A stretch of 64,000 nucleotides of DNA, taken from NCBI GenBank assembly GCA_963662315.1, contig OY759353.1:704001-768000 (forward strand), in the 5' to 3' direction. A program made the position numbers and the translations under genes. This document shows positions 18,031 through 30,100 of this stretch, one piece after another. Position 1 is the first letter of the stretch, and every line of letters starts with the position of its first letter. A model generated the notes under the pieces. The model saw only the letters and a program-made list of their open reading frames with translations. It was not told where the DNA came from and made no database searches. Source of the stretch: Geopsychrobacteraceae bacterium. Lineage in GTDB: Bacteria; Desulfobacterota; Desulfuromonadia; Desulfuromonadales; Geopsychrobacteraceae.

Positions 18031-18675
18031 CTAGTCCAGCTTCATGAGCTGTGGTAATTGAGACATGTGTGTGAAGCGGGTTATGCGGTTGTCGGTACTG
18101 GCCTGAACCGGATTTTCCGGTTGATAATGAAAAACATGCATGCCAGCCGCTAATCCAGCTTTTACCCCGACCAGGCTGTCTTCGACCACGGCACATTGCT
18201 CTGGCGGTGTATTAAACGCCTTGGCGGCGTGTAGAAAAAGACCGGGATCGGGTTTCCAGCATTGTAATTCATAGCCACTGAATATCTTGCCGGCAAAGTA
18301 CGGCATCATTTGTGTCGTGGTCAGGGTGACATTGATTTTTTCCAGTGGTCCGCTGGAGCCCATGCAAAAGGGGATTGATAGTTGGTCCAGAAAATCTCTG
18401 ATTCCCGGTACCGGTACGAGGTCCTGCTTGAAGCGATATTCGCAGCGTTTCCTGAATTCAGGAATAAACGAATCAGCAAGGGGTTTTTTAATCTCCTCTT
18501 CAAGCTCGACAATCCATTCTGCTATCTTGCGTCCGTTGAAACGTTCCTGAGCTTGCCGGGGCGAGATGTTCATCCCTAATTCGTTTGCCATAGCGCTGAT
18601 AACTTCAGCAGCGAGCGGTTCGCTGTCCACAATGACGCCGTCACAATCGAAAATAACTAGTTTGATAGGTTGCAT
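18031..18675 (-). CDS. HAD-IA family hydrolase (YieH-like phosphatase)
   Basis: FDCDGVIVDSE, WKPDPGLFLHAA and VVEDS..GV.AG..AGM. Confidence 0.88.
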   Translation of the reverse strand: MQPIKLVIFDCDGVIVDSEPLAAEVISAMANELGMNISPRQAQERFNGRKIAEWIVELEEEIKKPLADSFIPEFRKRCEYRFKQDLVPVPGIRDFLDQLSIPFCMGSSGPLEKINVTLTTTQMMPYFAGKIFSGYELQCWKPDPGLFLHAAKAFNTPPEQCAVVEDSLVGVKAGLAAGMHVFHYQPENPVQASTDNRITRFTHMSQLPQLMKLD

Positions 18676-18899
18676 GGCACTTCCAAAAGGTGAAATTGTT
18701 TTTTGTTCCTGATGAGGATGGCGAAATATGTTATAGCAGTATGTGTTTCATTGATAGCTGGATAATTGTTCAAAGCCATTGTTTCGGGAGCTGGCAGGCA
18801 TGAAGTTGTGATTGCGCTGATAAATCCCTTGAGAGTAAGAGTTGCTGTGGCTATATTGGCATCTTTTTAAAGAAACAGCAAATGAAGTAGAGAATCTAT

Positions 18900-19394
18900 A
18901 TGAATGACCAGAAAATTTATATGACACCGTCATGTGCTGAACGCTTCCGACAGGAGCTGAAGGATCTTCTTTATAAAGAACGTCCGCACATGGTCGAGAC
19001 CGTGGCCTGGGCTGCGTCAAATGGTGATCGCTCGGAAAATGCTGATTACCACTATGGTAAAAAACGTCTGCGTCAGATTGACGGACGTATTCGTTTTATT
19101 CAAAAACGCCTTGAGCTGGCGGATATTATCGATCCTGTGGAGCAAGGACGCAGGGCGGGTGATCGCGTTCTGTTTGGCTGTACCGTTACGGTAGAAAATG
19201 AAGACGGGGAGGAGAGAGTCTATTCAATCGTAGGGGTTGATGAAATCAATACGGAACAAGGTCTTATCAGCTGGATTTCTCCGGTGGGCAGGGCTTTACT
19301 TGGTCATCGTCTGGGCGATGTAGTGAGTATCAAGGTCCCGCAGGGAGATATTGAATTGGAAATTGTTAACGTTGAGTATTGTGCTATTAATTGA
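18900..19394 (+). CDS. greB: Transcription elongation factor GreB
   Basis: WAASNGDRSENADY.YGKKRLR.ID.RIRF and ISWISP. Confidence 0.95.
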   Translation: MNDQKIYMTPSCAERFRQELKDLLYKERPHMVETVAWAASNGDRSENADYHYGKKRLRQIDGRIRFIQKRLELADIIDPVEQGRRAGDRVLFGCTVTVENEDGEERVYSIVGVDEINTEQGLISWISPVGRALLGHRLGDVVSIKVPQGDIELEIVNVEYCAIN

Positions 19395-19579
19395 TCCCTT
19401 TTTTCTTAAGGAGCTAAAAAATATAACAATGTTCAATAAAAAATTGGATTATGTGTTGCTCTTTAATTGAAAATATGATTAAAAGTCACAACCTCACGTT
19501 TTGTCGTTTTCAAGAGTGTCTAAAAGTATTTCTTTAACTTTTAAAAAAAATGTAAAGCCTAATCCTCGGGGGGGGACAA

Positions 19580-21046
19580 ATGAAAAGAACACTATATCCT
19601 CTGTTTGTTTTGGTTGCTTTTGTTGCTGTTTTAGCTGGTTGTCAGCAGTTCAGTAGCTCTGGGTCGTCAGGTAATGGCAATGTCTCCGACGCTGTTGCTA
19701 CTGTAGCTGACGGTGAAGTCAATCAAATCATGTCCTATCCTTTTCCCGATTCCTTTGACCTTGATCAAGCCAGTTTAAGTGGAAACCTGTTTTATGTTGA
19801 TCCTGTAAACGGCAGCATGGAGGGCGATGGTAGCGAGTCTTCTCCCTGGTCTTCTTTGCAGGCAGTTATTGAAGCCGGTTATGTATATGGTACTGATTCG
19901 GATGCCCGCATCTTTAATGCTTCAGCTCCGGTTCGTCCAGGAGACACTCTGGTTTTACTGTCCGGTTACCATGGTAGTGTTGAACTCAATGCTTACTGTA
20001 ATCAGGATTTTATTAATGTCATTGTTCCCGAAGGTGAAGAGGCTGTTGTCGGGCGCCTTAAGGTTAGAGCCTCTTCTTATTGGCGGTTTAAGGGGCTAAC
20101 CATCATCGCCGATCAGGATGCCGAGTATCCTGCTTCTTTTCATATGCTTAGAATCGAAGACGAATCTCGTTACATTACCATCGATAACTTCTCCATTATG
20201 ACAAGCGAAAATGTCTCTGGGTGGGAAGCCGAGGATTGGCTCACTTCTGCCTCTCTTGGTGTCAAAATAATTAAATCCAGTCATGTTGTTATCAGGAATA
20301 GCGATATATCCAATGCCAGTGGCGGGATTTATGTTGATGCTGACTGGGTCATTGTTCAAGGTAATTCGATGACAAATATTTCCGGGGACGGAATGCATGG
20401 TCATGGTGACGACCTTTATTTTGTCAATAATCTATTGCGTAATCGTTATGATGTTGATGGACGTTCCGCAGATGGATTTCAGTCCTGGGCCAGCGGGACC
20501 AGCGGTACGGCACGGCAGCGTGTCCATCTTAGCGGCAATGTGATCATCAGTAATGCCGACAGCACCAATCCTTTTCCAGGGCAGTTCACCGGAATTAACT
20601 GTAATGATGGCCCCTATGCGGAATGGGTGATAGAGAATAATGTGATCATCAGTGACGATACTGAAGGTATTATTCTTTATGGTGCTTCAGACACCAGAGT
20701 TGTTAACAATACCGTCCTCAGCACGAGCGATAGCGTACCCGCTACAATTGCCATCTTTCTTGGAAAAGATGAAAGTGCCATCAGCAATAGTTTTATCTGT
20801 AATAACATTACCAATAGTGTGCTTTCAGATGATGGCGTTAGCGTAGATCATAACCTTTTATTGACGACGACCGATCAGTACAATGCATACTTTGTCAGTT
20901 TTGATGATTTTGATCTGTCGTTATTACCCGAGTCCTCTGCTGTTGATAATGGGTCTGAGCAGCCTTTTACTGACTATGATATTACTGGAACTGTCCGTCC
21001 CCAAGGCAATGGCTTCGATCTTGGAGCATATGAATTAGTGCAATAG
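19580..21046 (+). CDS. Lipoprotein with right-handed parallel beta-helix repeats and a choice-of-anchor-Q-like C-terminus
   Basis: Lipobox LAGC and a Ser/Gly linker; FYVDP..G....DGS...PW and PGDT..L..G; IENNVI/VVNNT repeats; C-terminal L...S.AVD.G...DI.G..RPQG.GFDLGAYE. Confidence 0.8.
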   Translation: MKRTLYPLFVLVAFVAVLAGCQQFSSSGSSGNGNVSDAVATVADGEVNQIMSYPFPDSFDLDQASLSGNLFYVDPVNGSMEGDGSESSPWSSLQAVIEAGYVYGTDSDARIFNASAPVRPGDTLVLLSGYHGSVELNAYCNQDFINVIVPEGEEAVVGRLKVRASSYWRFKGLTIIADQDAEYPASFHMLRIEDESRYITIDNFSIMTSENVSGWEAEDWLTSASLGVKIIKSSHVVIRNSDISNASGGIYVDADWVIVQGNSMTNISGDGMHGHGDDLYFVNNLLRNRYDVDGRSADGFQSWASGTSGTARQRVHLSGNVIISNADSTNPFPGQFTGINCNDGPYAEWVIENNVIISDDTEGIILYGASDTRVVNNTVLSTSDSVPATIAIFLGKDESAISNSFICNNITNSVLSDDGVSVDHNLLLTTTDQYNAYFVSFDDFDLSLLPESSAVDNGSEQPFTDYDITGTVRPQGNGFDLGAYELVQ

Positions 21047-21156
21047 TTTATTAGCGTTTGTCGGTTTATGTTGTGTAGCATGGTCTGCAATAGTTGGGTT
21101 CTCTTGTGATTTCCTTTCTTTAGCTCGGTCTTCGCTTCATTCAATTTTGATCATTA

Positions 21157-24100
21157 ATGTCGCAATCCATTTGGGAGGGGAAGTTGTCTGCATTAAACTG
21201 GTGTGCCTTAACTTCAGGAGTCAATGAAGTAGGGGGTCAGGTTTTTAACGCTGCAAAAAGGACAGTGCTGAGGTTTGGTATCGCTCTGTTTTTTCTGCTA
21301 CTGTCTGCAGGCTTTGCTTTAGCTGGGTCATGTACGTTAAAAAGTTCCTTTTCCTTTGTCAATTTTAACACCTCGTCAGATTATAGTTACTGTGAACTGT
21401 GTGGCTATGGATATGTCACGGTAAATATTCGCAATCCTTATAGTTACTTTATCGATCCCGACCCTGTGGTGGCTCCGGTCCCTGGTGCGACTATGAGTGA
21501 TATGGTTCTGACGATTGACCTTGGTTCCAGCGGTCTTAGTTACACGTCCTTTCCTTCGGATTCCGTTACCTACTCATATAACGGCGGTCTTGAGCAGGCA
21601 GGCTCTGCGCCGGCACTTTCCGGCATTAATAACAATGTCCTGACTTTCACTCAAAGTCAGATCAGTGCTCTCGCTGAACTGACAGCCAGAGAAGATAGTG
21701 CTGCCACAAATCTGCTTACCGTTCGGGTTGCCGTGGCCAGTAATAATGCTTCAAACGCAGAAGCTTTATGGTCCAGCAATAAGGCCATCAATGCCGCTAT
21801 TGCCTTCAGTAATGATTCCGGCTGTAGTAATTCTTCTGCGAGTGCCACTACTCTTGAACTTCCCCTGAAGGAACCCGAATTAAGTGTTATAAAAACCGGT
21901 TGGAACTATGATTCCGGTCAGCGAGAATCGAGGGCAAGTAATCCGGTTTTTGCCACCAATAATGATGATGTGGTGTGGCGTATAGGGATTATCAACAACG
22001 GTACTGCTGACGCCCAGGATGTTCGTATTGACGATTATCTTACCGGCACAAGTATGATTAACAACTACATTTGTGCCACTGCCGCTTCCGCCAACCTGAT
22101 TGCCAACAACGATGGCAGCGTCAGTGGTATTGGTCTACCTGCTGATTGTTACAGTGCCTCAAACACTATCCATGATTTTAACATTACGGCCCCTTTTGGG
22201 GCTTCTCAGCTTACTAATTTTCCGGTTTCGGCAACAGAAATCGATATTCCAGTCGGTGATAGAGCCACTGTCTATGTTGTCGGCAAGGTAAGTAATGGTG
22301 CGGCTTGTAGCGGTTATCAACGTAATACGGTCAATGATGTGCAATGGGGTTGTCAGTCCGATTCGCCTTCCGGGGGGATTTTTTATCCGTCTTACCTCAC
22401 CCCTTCTGCTGAAATTGAAGCAACTGCCGATATTTACACCCGTTATAATGACGGTAATTACGGCGAGCTTGAAATCAGGCGTTATCTGACCGGTGTTAAC
22501 ACCAGTCAACCTGTTGGTGCCCGGGGTACGATGACGATTCAGATTCGGAACTATACTGGCGGCAGTGTCAAGAACATTCATCTCACCGATATTCTGCCTG
22601 CGGAATATGTTGTTGATACGACCTTCGCTCCAACGCTTAGTGTTAGTTCACCTTTTGGCAGCTATCCTGGACGGCTTAGCAGAGTGGTTTGGAATAATCC
22701 CGATTATACCAACCTGTTGTATAATACCGCACCAGATTTTGATTTGACCAGCAATGGTGATCATCATCCCTTATATCCAGATCAGGTTGATATGCTGCGT
22801 CACGGCGATATTGCAACCGTGCGCTTTCGGGTTGTGCTGATCGATTCAGATTATTATGACCGTTCAGCCGATCTTGATGTCAATCCTGAAGAATATGCTG
22901 TGACGGCTACCGATCCAAACCGTATAAACGGTATTGCAACGGTCAGCAACGAGGTCCAGGTTCAATTCGATACTTTTTGTGCTTCCGATTCACGACACAA
23001 TTTTAATCTCACTGGTAATGGTAATGGTAATCCAAACGGATACTCTATTCCTGCTCGACCTGAGGATCTGGATGTTTCCATTGATGGTGCCGTATTTATT
23101 CTTTCCAATGATCCTGCTACCCATGTCAATCTGCCTATTGTGCTTACCAATAATGGTGGGCATGATGCCAGTGACTATCATTTGTATGTCACTTTTGGTC
23201 CAACGATTGAGGTCGTTAATCCCCCCGCCGAATGTTCACATATTGTTTTAAGCGGAACTCCGTTGCAGCCAAATCCACGCAAAGTCTGGATTGATCCCCT
23301 AGAGATTCATGCTACGGCTGTTGTTTACGAATGCTCCTCCAGTAGTGTTATCAGTCCGGGTTCCTCACGCAGCTTTATTTTTGAAACCAGGAAAAGTACC
23401 GATTCTGCCGCCATTGCCTTGGATGATTTGACCCTACGTGCCGATGTTATCGGTGAGGTGACCTTGTATGACGGAACTGCTTTAACTGTCCCGGCTCCTA
23501 TAACCCGCGCCGATGGTGAAACTGACCCGGCTAATAATTATTCTCTGGATGCGACCTGGGCCAGGGTTATGGGGTTCAACCTGATAAAAACTCAGGTTGG
23601 TACCTGTAGTGAAAACAACCCGCCATCTTTTGACAACGATGGTCATGAAGAAGTGCAAATCGGTGAAGAATGTGACTTTAATGTCCTTGGTGGTGGCTGG
23701 TTCGGTTTTGAAACCCCAGGCTTTGAATATATTTCTGTTCAGAATATTAATATCATTGATCGGATTCCCGATGGACAGGCCTACCTGGCAAGTGCGGATC
23801 CCTATGTCGCTTCAACCAGCCTGATTCAAGATGTCGTCCTTGCTCCGGCTGACATAACCGCTCCTGATGAACGTCAGTTTGACTGGACCTTTAATGTTCC
23901 TGACAGTCAAAGGATTGAAGCACCGGATGAGTGGTTTGAAGTCGATGTTAAAACCCGTATTCTAAATAAAACTATCGATTCTCGCAGTGCACCTAATTAT
24001 CATGCCCAGACGAGCGCCAATGTTCTGGATGCAACTTTTGATGCCCGATTCAAAAATGAAAATACCGGGCTGATAGAAGCCTACACCTTAAATTCGAATA

Positions 24101-27100
24101 CCATTGGATTTCCCCATGAGGCAATAAGGCGCGTCGATTTGACCGTGACCGACCCCTATATTACGTTGGTTAAAGAGGTCTGTAATGAATCCTTGTATGG
24201 AACGGGACCTTCTTGCAGCAATTTTACAACGGTGACGGCAGAAGGGGATGCCTACAGTCAGTATATTTACCGTATTACCGTTATTAATGAAGAACAGCGT
24301 AGCGGTGTACAGCGGGCACCTGCCTATGATGTGACCGTCACCGCTGCCCTTGATGCCAGCGATTATGCCTACGTTATCCCTTTTACAGCTGATGGCCTTG
24401 ATAATGATGGTGATAGCTCAGTTGATAGTGCGGATAGTAATGGTGAAGGTGTCATCACGAATAATATTGCGGACGATGGGACTCCTGCAGTTCTTACTTT
24501 TTCCTATCAGAACAGCCCTGCTCTTGAAAAAATAGAACCAGGAGCGGCAGTAGAGCTCTATTATCGTGTCGACTTCGATGATGATGCGGCCCCGTTACAA
24601 ACTTTTATCAACGAGGTCTCCGCCAGCTACGATTCTCTGGCTGGAACTTCTGGTGCACAAACTTCTCCTGAAGGAGGCAACAGCGAGCTTACCGGTGCTC
24701 GGGTTTATACTGCCGCTACTACGGCTGCCCGTGTACAGATGATTTCAGCCGCTACGCAGCCGAAAGAGGTTACGGCTGCGGCCAGCACCCCTCTGGTCAG
24801 TACTGGCAGTGTTCAGCATATAAAAATCGGTGAAGAAGTTAATTATCAACTTACCACCCTGCTGCCTGTTGCCTTATTTCGCAGCCTGACCATTGTTGAT
24901 CAATTACCGTCCGGTATGCGTTGCTCTGAAGCCCCTGCGATCAATCTTGATGCACCTCCTTATGCAAGTGCCGGTTTTCAACCCGGCGGGACGATTACCC
25001 CTTCTTGTCTGGCTGGAGAAGTGCGGTGGGAGTTTGGGGACCAGCGAATTACCAACAGGAGTTCCGATCGCTTTGAGTTTCAGGTCTCTTTTATTGCCCA
25101 GGTCTTAAATGCTGATGTCAATAATGACGGCAATATTTTATCTAATGGAAATCCTTCGACTATTACTACGGTGAGTTATGTTGACGAAACAGGCGCCGCT
25201 GTCAGTTTTGATGTTGCCCACGCCGATATAACAGCGACGGAACCGCTCATTGAACTGTCAGCATCATTTGACAGTGTTGATCACGATGCCGCAGATGTTG
25301 TAAGGGTGACTGTGACGGCAACTAATGTTGGCAGTGCTCCTGCTTATAACCTGCGGATTCTTGACAACCTTGATGCAACCAGATTCACCTACGCTGGAAA
25401 TATTGCCGGAACCGACACACCGACCCATATCGATTTGGTGAGCTTTGGGGCCAATCAGCCGGTTTTTGAATTTTCAGCTCCTGGTGGCCTAGCCGTCGGT
25501 GACAGTTATTCTTTTACCTATGCTGTTGCAATTAACACAGATGTTGAACCGGACGATTCTCTGAGTAATACTTTGCAGGCGGTTTGGACGTCACTGCCCG
25601 ATACGAGTTCGGCATTAAATAGTCTTGGACAGATTGGTAGCGCGGGGTCTCTTTCCGGTATGAGAATCGGAAATCTGCCTCATGTCGGCGACAGCATCAA
25701 TGATTACGAAAGTTCTTGCACGTTTGCTTTAAAGGTATCTCATCCGACTGTACTCAAAGTTGATTTATCCCCGTCCATCAACCCAACCATAGGGGTGCAT
25801 AAGCAGTTTTCTTTACAGATTACCTTGCCAGAAGGAGTCATTAAGGATCTGCGCATTGCCGACATATTAAATTCTGCTGGACTATCCTATATCTATGAGA
25901 ATAACAACAGTTTTGTTACTGGGTATGCTTTTCAGGATATTCAGACTGTTAATGGACAAGCCCCTGACAGCTCCAACTTTCACAGTGTTCCAGCTGACGA
26001 AACCAGCGATACGGCACTATGGAACATTGGGGAGATTGTTACTTACAGTGAGGACGACAGCAGTGCCAATGCTGTCAACCCACGGATCGAAATCACCCTC
26101 TACGCAAGAATCAATAATGATTTAGTGACTGATGCCGGCGATTTGTTGCGCAATGGTATAACTGTTACCTATTTGAATGGAGAAACTGATACCGACACCA
26201 GTCTGAGTTTTGAAACCGGCTCTATCGGGGTTACCGAACCACGTATCCATTTGACTAAGACAGTTATCAATGTAACGTCGGGGAAAGCAGCAGATGCTAC
26301 TGCTGAAGCTGGCGATACTCTTGAATATAGTTTGACCATCGTCAACGTTGGCAGCAGTGGAGCTACAGCCTATGATATAAATATTGTCGATACGCTTCCA
26401 GCAGGATTGTTTCTGTCCCCGACCTTTAGTCCTTCAGCAGTTATTGACGGTGTGGCTGTCAGTGGATTTGTCAGTGTTCCTGCTGGAGCCCCCGTTGGTC
26501 CTTTATTCTGGGGCCGCGACAATGGTGATTCCTCTTTGGATCTGCCTAGTGGAAGTACCCTGGTCCTTACCTATCAGACCCAGGTCCAATGGATATCAGA
26601 TCCGAGCGGAACAATCAAAAATGCCGTAACGACTGATTGGACTTCTCTTGAAGGGAGTGATCCTTTTGAGCGCACTGGCGCTGGCTGCCCCTCCACAACC
26701 GCCCCTGACGATTATTGTGCTGGTCCAGTTACTGCTTCTAAAGTAGGGCTGGTTCCTGACGTTTTATTTCAAATGTCAGTGGCTAATGAAACCACTGGTG
26801 CGTCTCCGGCTATAGAAGCTTCTCCTGGTGACGTATTACGTTACACAATGACAATCAACAATATCAGTGCGACGGTTGCAGATTTCTATCTGCAGAATGT
26901 TATCGATGAACTGAATGCAGATCCGAGGTTTCTTCGTAATTCATTGGTGGTTAATCTTCCTTCCGGATCTGGTGTTGATTACAGTGATCCTGAGGGGGGA
27001 CCGAATGAGACCGGTATCGTCTATATCGATGAAATATCTCTTTTGCCGGGTGATACCCTGACGATCACTTTTACCGCACGTTTGGCGTCAGTCATTGCTG

Positions 27101-30100
27101 ATGGCAGTATTGTTTACAGTCAATCCGGATTGTATATTTTGGGCTATGGAGCTGTGTTAAGCGATGACCCTGAAGTCAGTGGTTCCAGTGATCCTACTCA
27201 GATTACGATAACCTCAAGTCCTGAGTGGTTGTTTACAAAAAGTTCAGAAGATTTGACTAATTCGGGATCGGTTTTGATGCCAGGAGATCAAATTCATTAT
27301 GAACTGAGGGTTCAGAATATTGGTAGTGAAGATGCTTCGGATGTCACTCTGACCGATAGTATTCCGGGCAATACTACCTATGTTCCTGGATCGACGACTT
27401 TAAATGGAACTGTTGTTGCCGATATTGGTGGTACTTCGGCATTAACCAGCGGTCTGCTGATTCATGCACCGGTTCCGGGGAATACTGAGCCCGGAATAAT
27501 GTTGGTTGAAGATTCCCCCAATACTGCGACGGTAAGTTTTGATGTTATTGTGAATGCCGATGCGTCAGGCGGTACGGTTATCAGTAATCAGGCGTTCCTT
27601 TCCGGTTCTGGAACAGGCAGTGGCAATTTTGTCAATGTTGGCAGTGATGATCCAGATACCAGCACTGCTAATGATGCTACTGAGGATATTGTCAGTGATA
27701 TTGATTTTGAGCTTTCTGTGGTCAATCTCACGACGTCATCTGCTGGCAATGTGGCTGAACCAGGAGATCAGCTTCAATATATTCTGAGCATGACCAATAC
27801 CTCGACAGTTGATTTGAGCAATTTGTCCATTTCCGTCGATCTCGACTCTTTACATAGTGGTAATACTCAATATTTTACCGCTAACAGCCTTACCATTGTA
27901 AGTTTGCCCAGCGGAGCTGACGCATCGGGGACAGACAGTGCCGGTGGCAGTAAAGGTAGTGGCTTACTCCAGGTGGCATTGGATTTACCTGCAGGCAGTA
28001 ATGCCAGTATTGTTTTTAATGTTAACTTAAAAGCCGTTATTACTGATGGTACGGTTGTATTGAATCAGGCTCAACTCAATGTTGATGGCTATCAAATCAA
28101 GTTAAGTGATTCTGACGACAGCAGTCTTATCGGTACCGAAAATCCAACTCAGACGCTGATATCTTCCGCCCCTAAATTCAGGGTTGAAAAAACGGATACC
28201 TTTATTGACGAAAACCCGACATTTTTACTTCCTGGCGAACGTATTCAATATACGATCACCATTAAAAATATCGGTACGGAAGATGCTGAAAACGTTATCC
28301 TTACCGATTATATCCCCAGCAGTACCGCTTATGTTTCAGGGAGTACAACCTTAAACGGTATATCTGTTGCGGACATTGCGGGGGAGAGTCCTCTTGTCAG
28401 TGGTCTCGCCTTATCCTCGCCGGTTTCCCTAAGCCGTGGAGATATGCCTGCTGATGCTTCAAATAGCTTAAATAACGTTGCTACGGTTACCTTTCAGGTT
28501 CAGGTCGACGAAGGAGCCATGATTGGGTTGATAATTTCGAACCAGGCTTCAGTTGATGCCTCAGGCGTTGGGAGTGGGGTTGTCCCCACCCAACTTTCGG
28601 ATGATCCTGATACCGCTGCTGAAAACGATCCTACACGTAGTATTGTTGGTGACTTACCGCTACTTTACGCCTATAAAACAGTTACTCTTTTAACGGATAA
28701 TGGAACAACTGGCATCGTTGACCCCGGCGATACCTTGACTTACACGATTACGGTTTCCAATAGCGGGGCCAAAGATGCCTCAGGGGTTGTCCTTACCGAT
28801 AGCGTACCGACCTATACTACTTATGTCAGTGGAGACTTTACTGTTGACGGTACTAGCGAAGTCGATAGTGGCTATCTGCCGCTTATTGATGGATTTGTTT
28901 TAACTTCTGCTGGAGCTGGCAGTCAGGGAACCATAAGCGCTGGAAGTTCTGTTACCGTTACCTTTACAGTGCTGGTCGATGCAGCTGCTGCAGAAGGTTC
29001 ATTGATACGCAATCAAGGGGTCTTGTCCAATTCAGATTCTGGTGATCTGCTGACGGATTCCGACGGCGATTCAAGCAATGGTTATCAGCCGACAGATATC
29101 ATGGTCGGTGCTGTTCAGCGGCTTGGAATTACCAAAACAGTTACTCTGGTCGATGCTGCAACCGCAGCGCCTGGCAGCGAACTTGAGTATTCAATTACTG
29201 TTACCAATTTGGGTTCAATAGCTGCTACCGATGTCTCTGTAGTTGATGATCTGTCCACATTGATAGGCAGCTCTTTAAGTTATGTTAATACCAGTGCTCG
29301 TTTAAATGGTGGTTTAACAGGTGTAAGTTATGCATCTGGGGTCTTGACCGCAGGTTATTCTAATAGCTTCGGTGCTCTTGCTGTCGGTGATTCTTTTACT
29401 CTGTCATTTCATGTCTCCATATTGGGAGATGTTGCTCTTGGGACGACTCTGAGCAACACTGCTACGGTTTATTGGAACTCTCCTGTCGAAACGGCCAGTG
29501 CCAGTGTATCCATTGATGTTGGCGGGACGCCTGGTTCAGCAACATTAAACGGCAATATCTGGCATGATTCTGATTTTGATGAGTTATTTGATGGTACTGA
29601 ATTGTCACAGCAGGATTGGACTGTTGACCTGTATCTAGATGGTGGCTTGATTAAATCGGTGACCAGTGATGAACATGGTGCTTATCAGCTTAATGGTTTA
29701 ATTCCGACCGCATATACTGCCGGACTCTATGAAATTGTATTTAGTGCTCCTGGTTCCGGGTTACGCACGGCCTCCCTCGGCACGGCGTCTTCTGTGTTTA
29801 CCAACGGGAGGCAACACATCTCTTATATATCTGCTGATTCCGGAAGTAATCTGCAAAATTTGAATATGCCATTAACCCCTAACGGTATCATTTACAATTC
29901 CATCGCACGTACTCCTGTCAGTGGCTCAACAGTGAACCTGATCAATCCGGACACGGAGACAATCTTACCGAGTGATTGTTTTGCTGATTCCGCTCAGTAT
30001 AACCAGCTGACCACTGTCAATGGATACTATAAATTTGATCTGGTCTTCGGTTCTTCTTGTCCGGCAGGACGCAATTACATTGTCCAGGTGACACCTCCTA

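Noticed and set aside
21216..21232. AGGAG followed by an out-of-frame ATG-AAG-TAG near the start of the giant gene, suggesting a frameshifted original start
   Set aside because: The RBS-ATG spacing is only 3 nt, and in-frame starts exist (ATG 21157, TTG 21184 with GGAGG), so no frameshift is needed.
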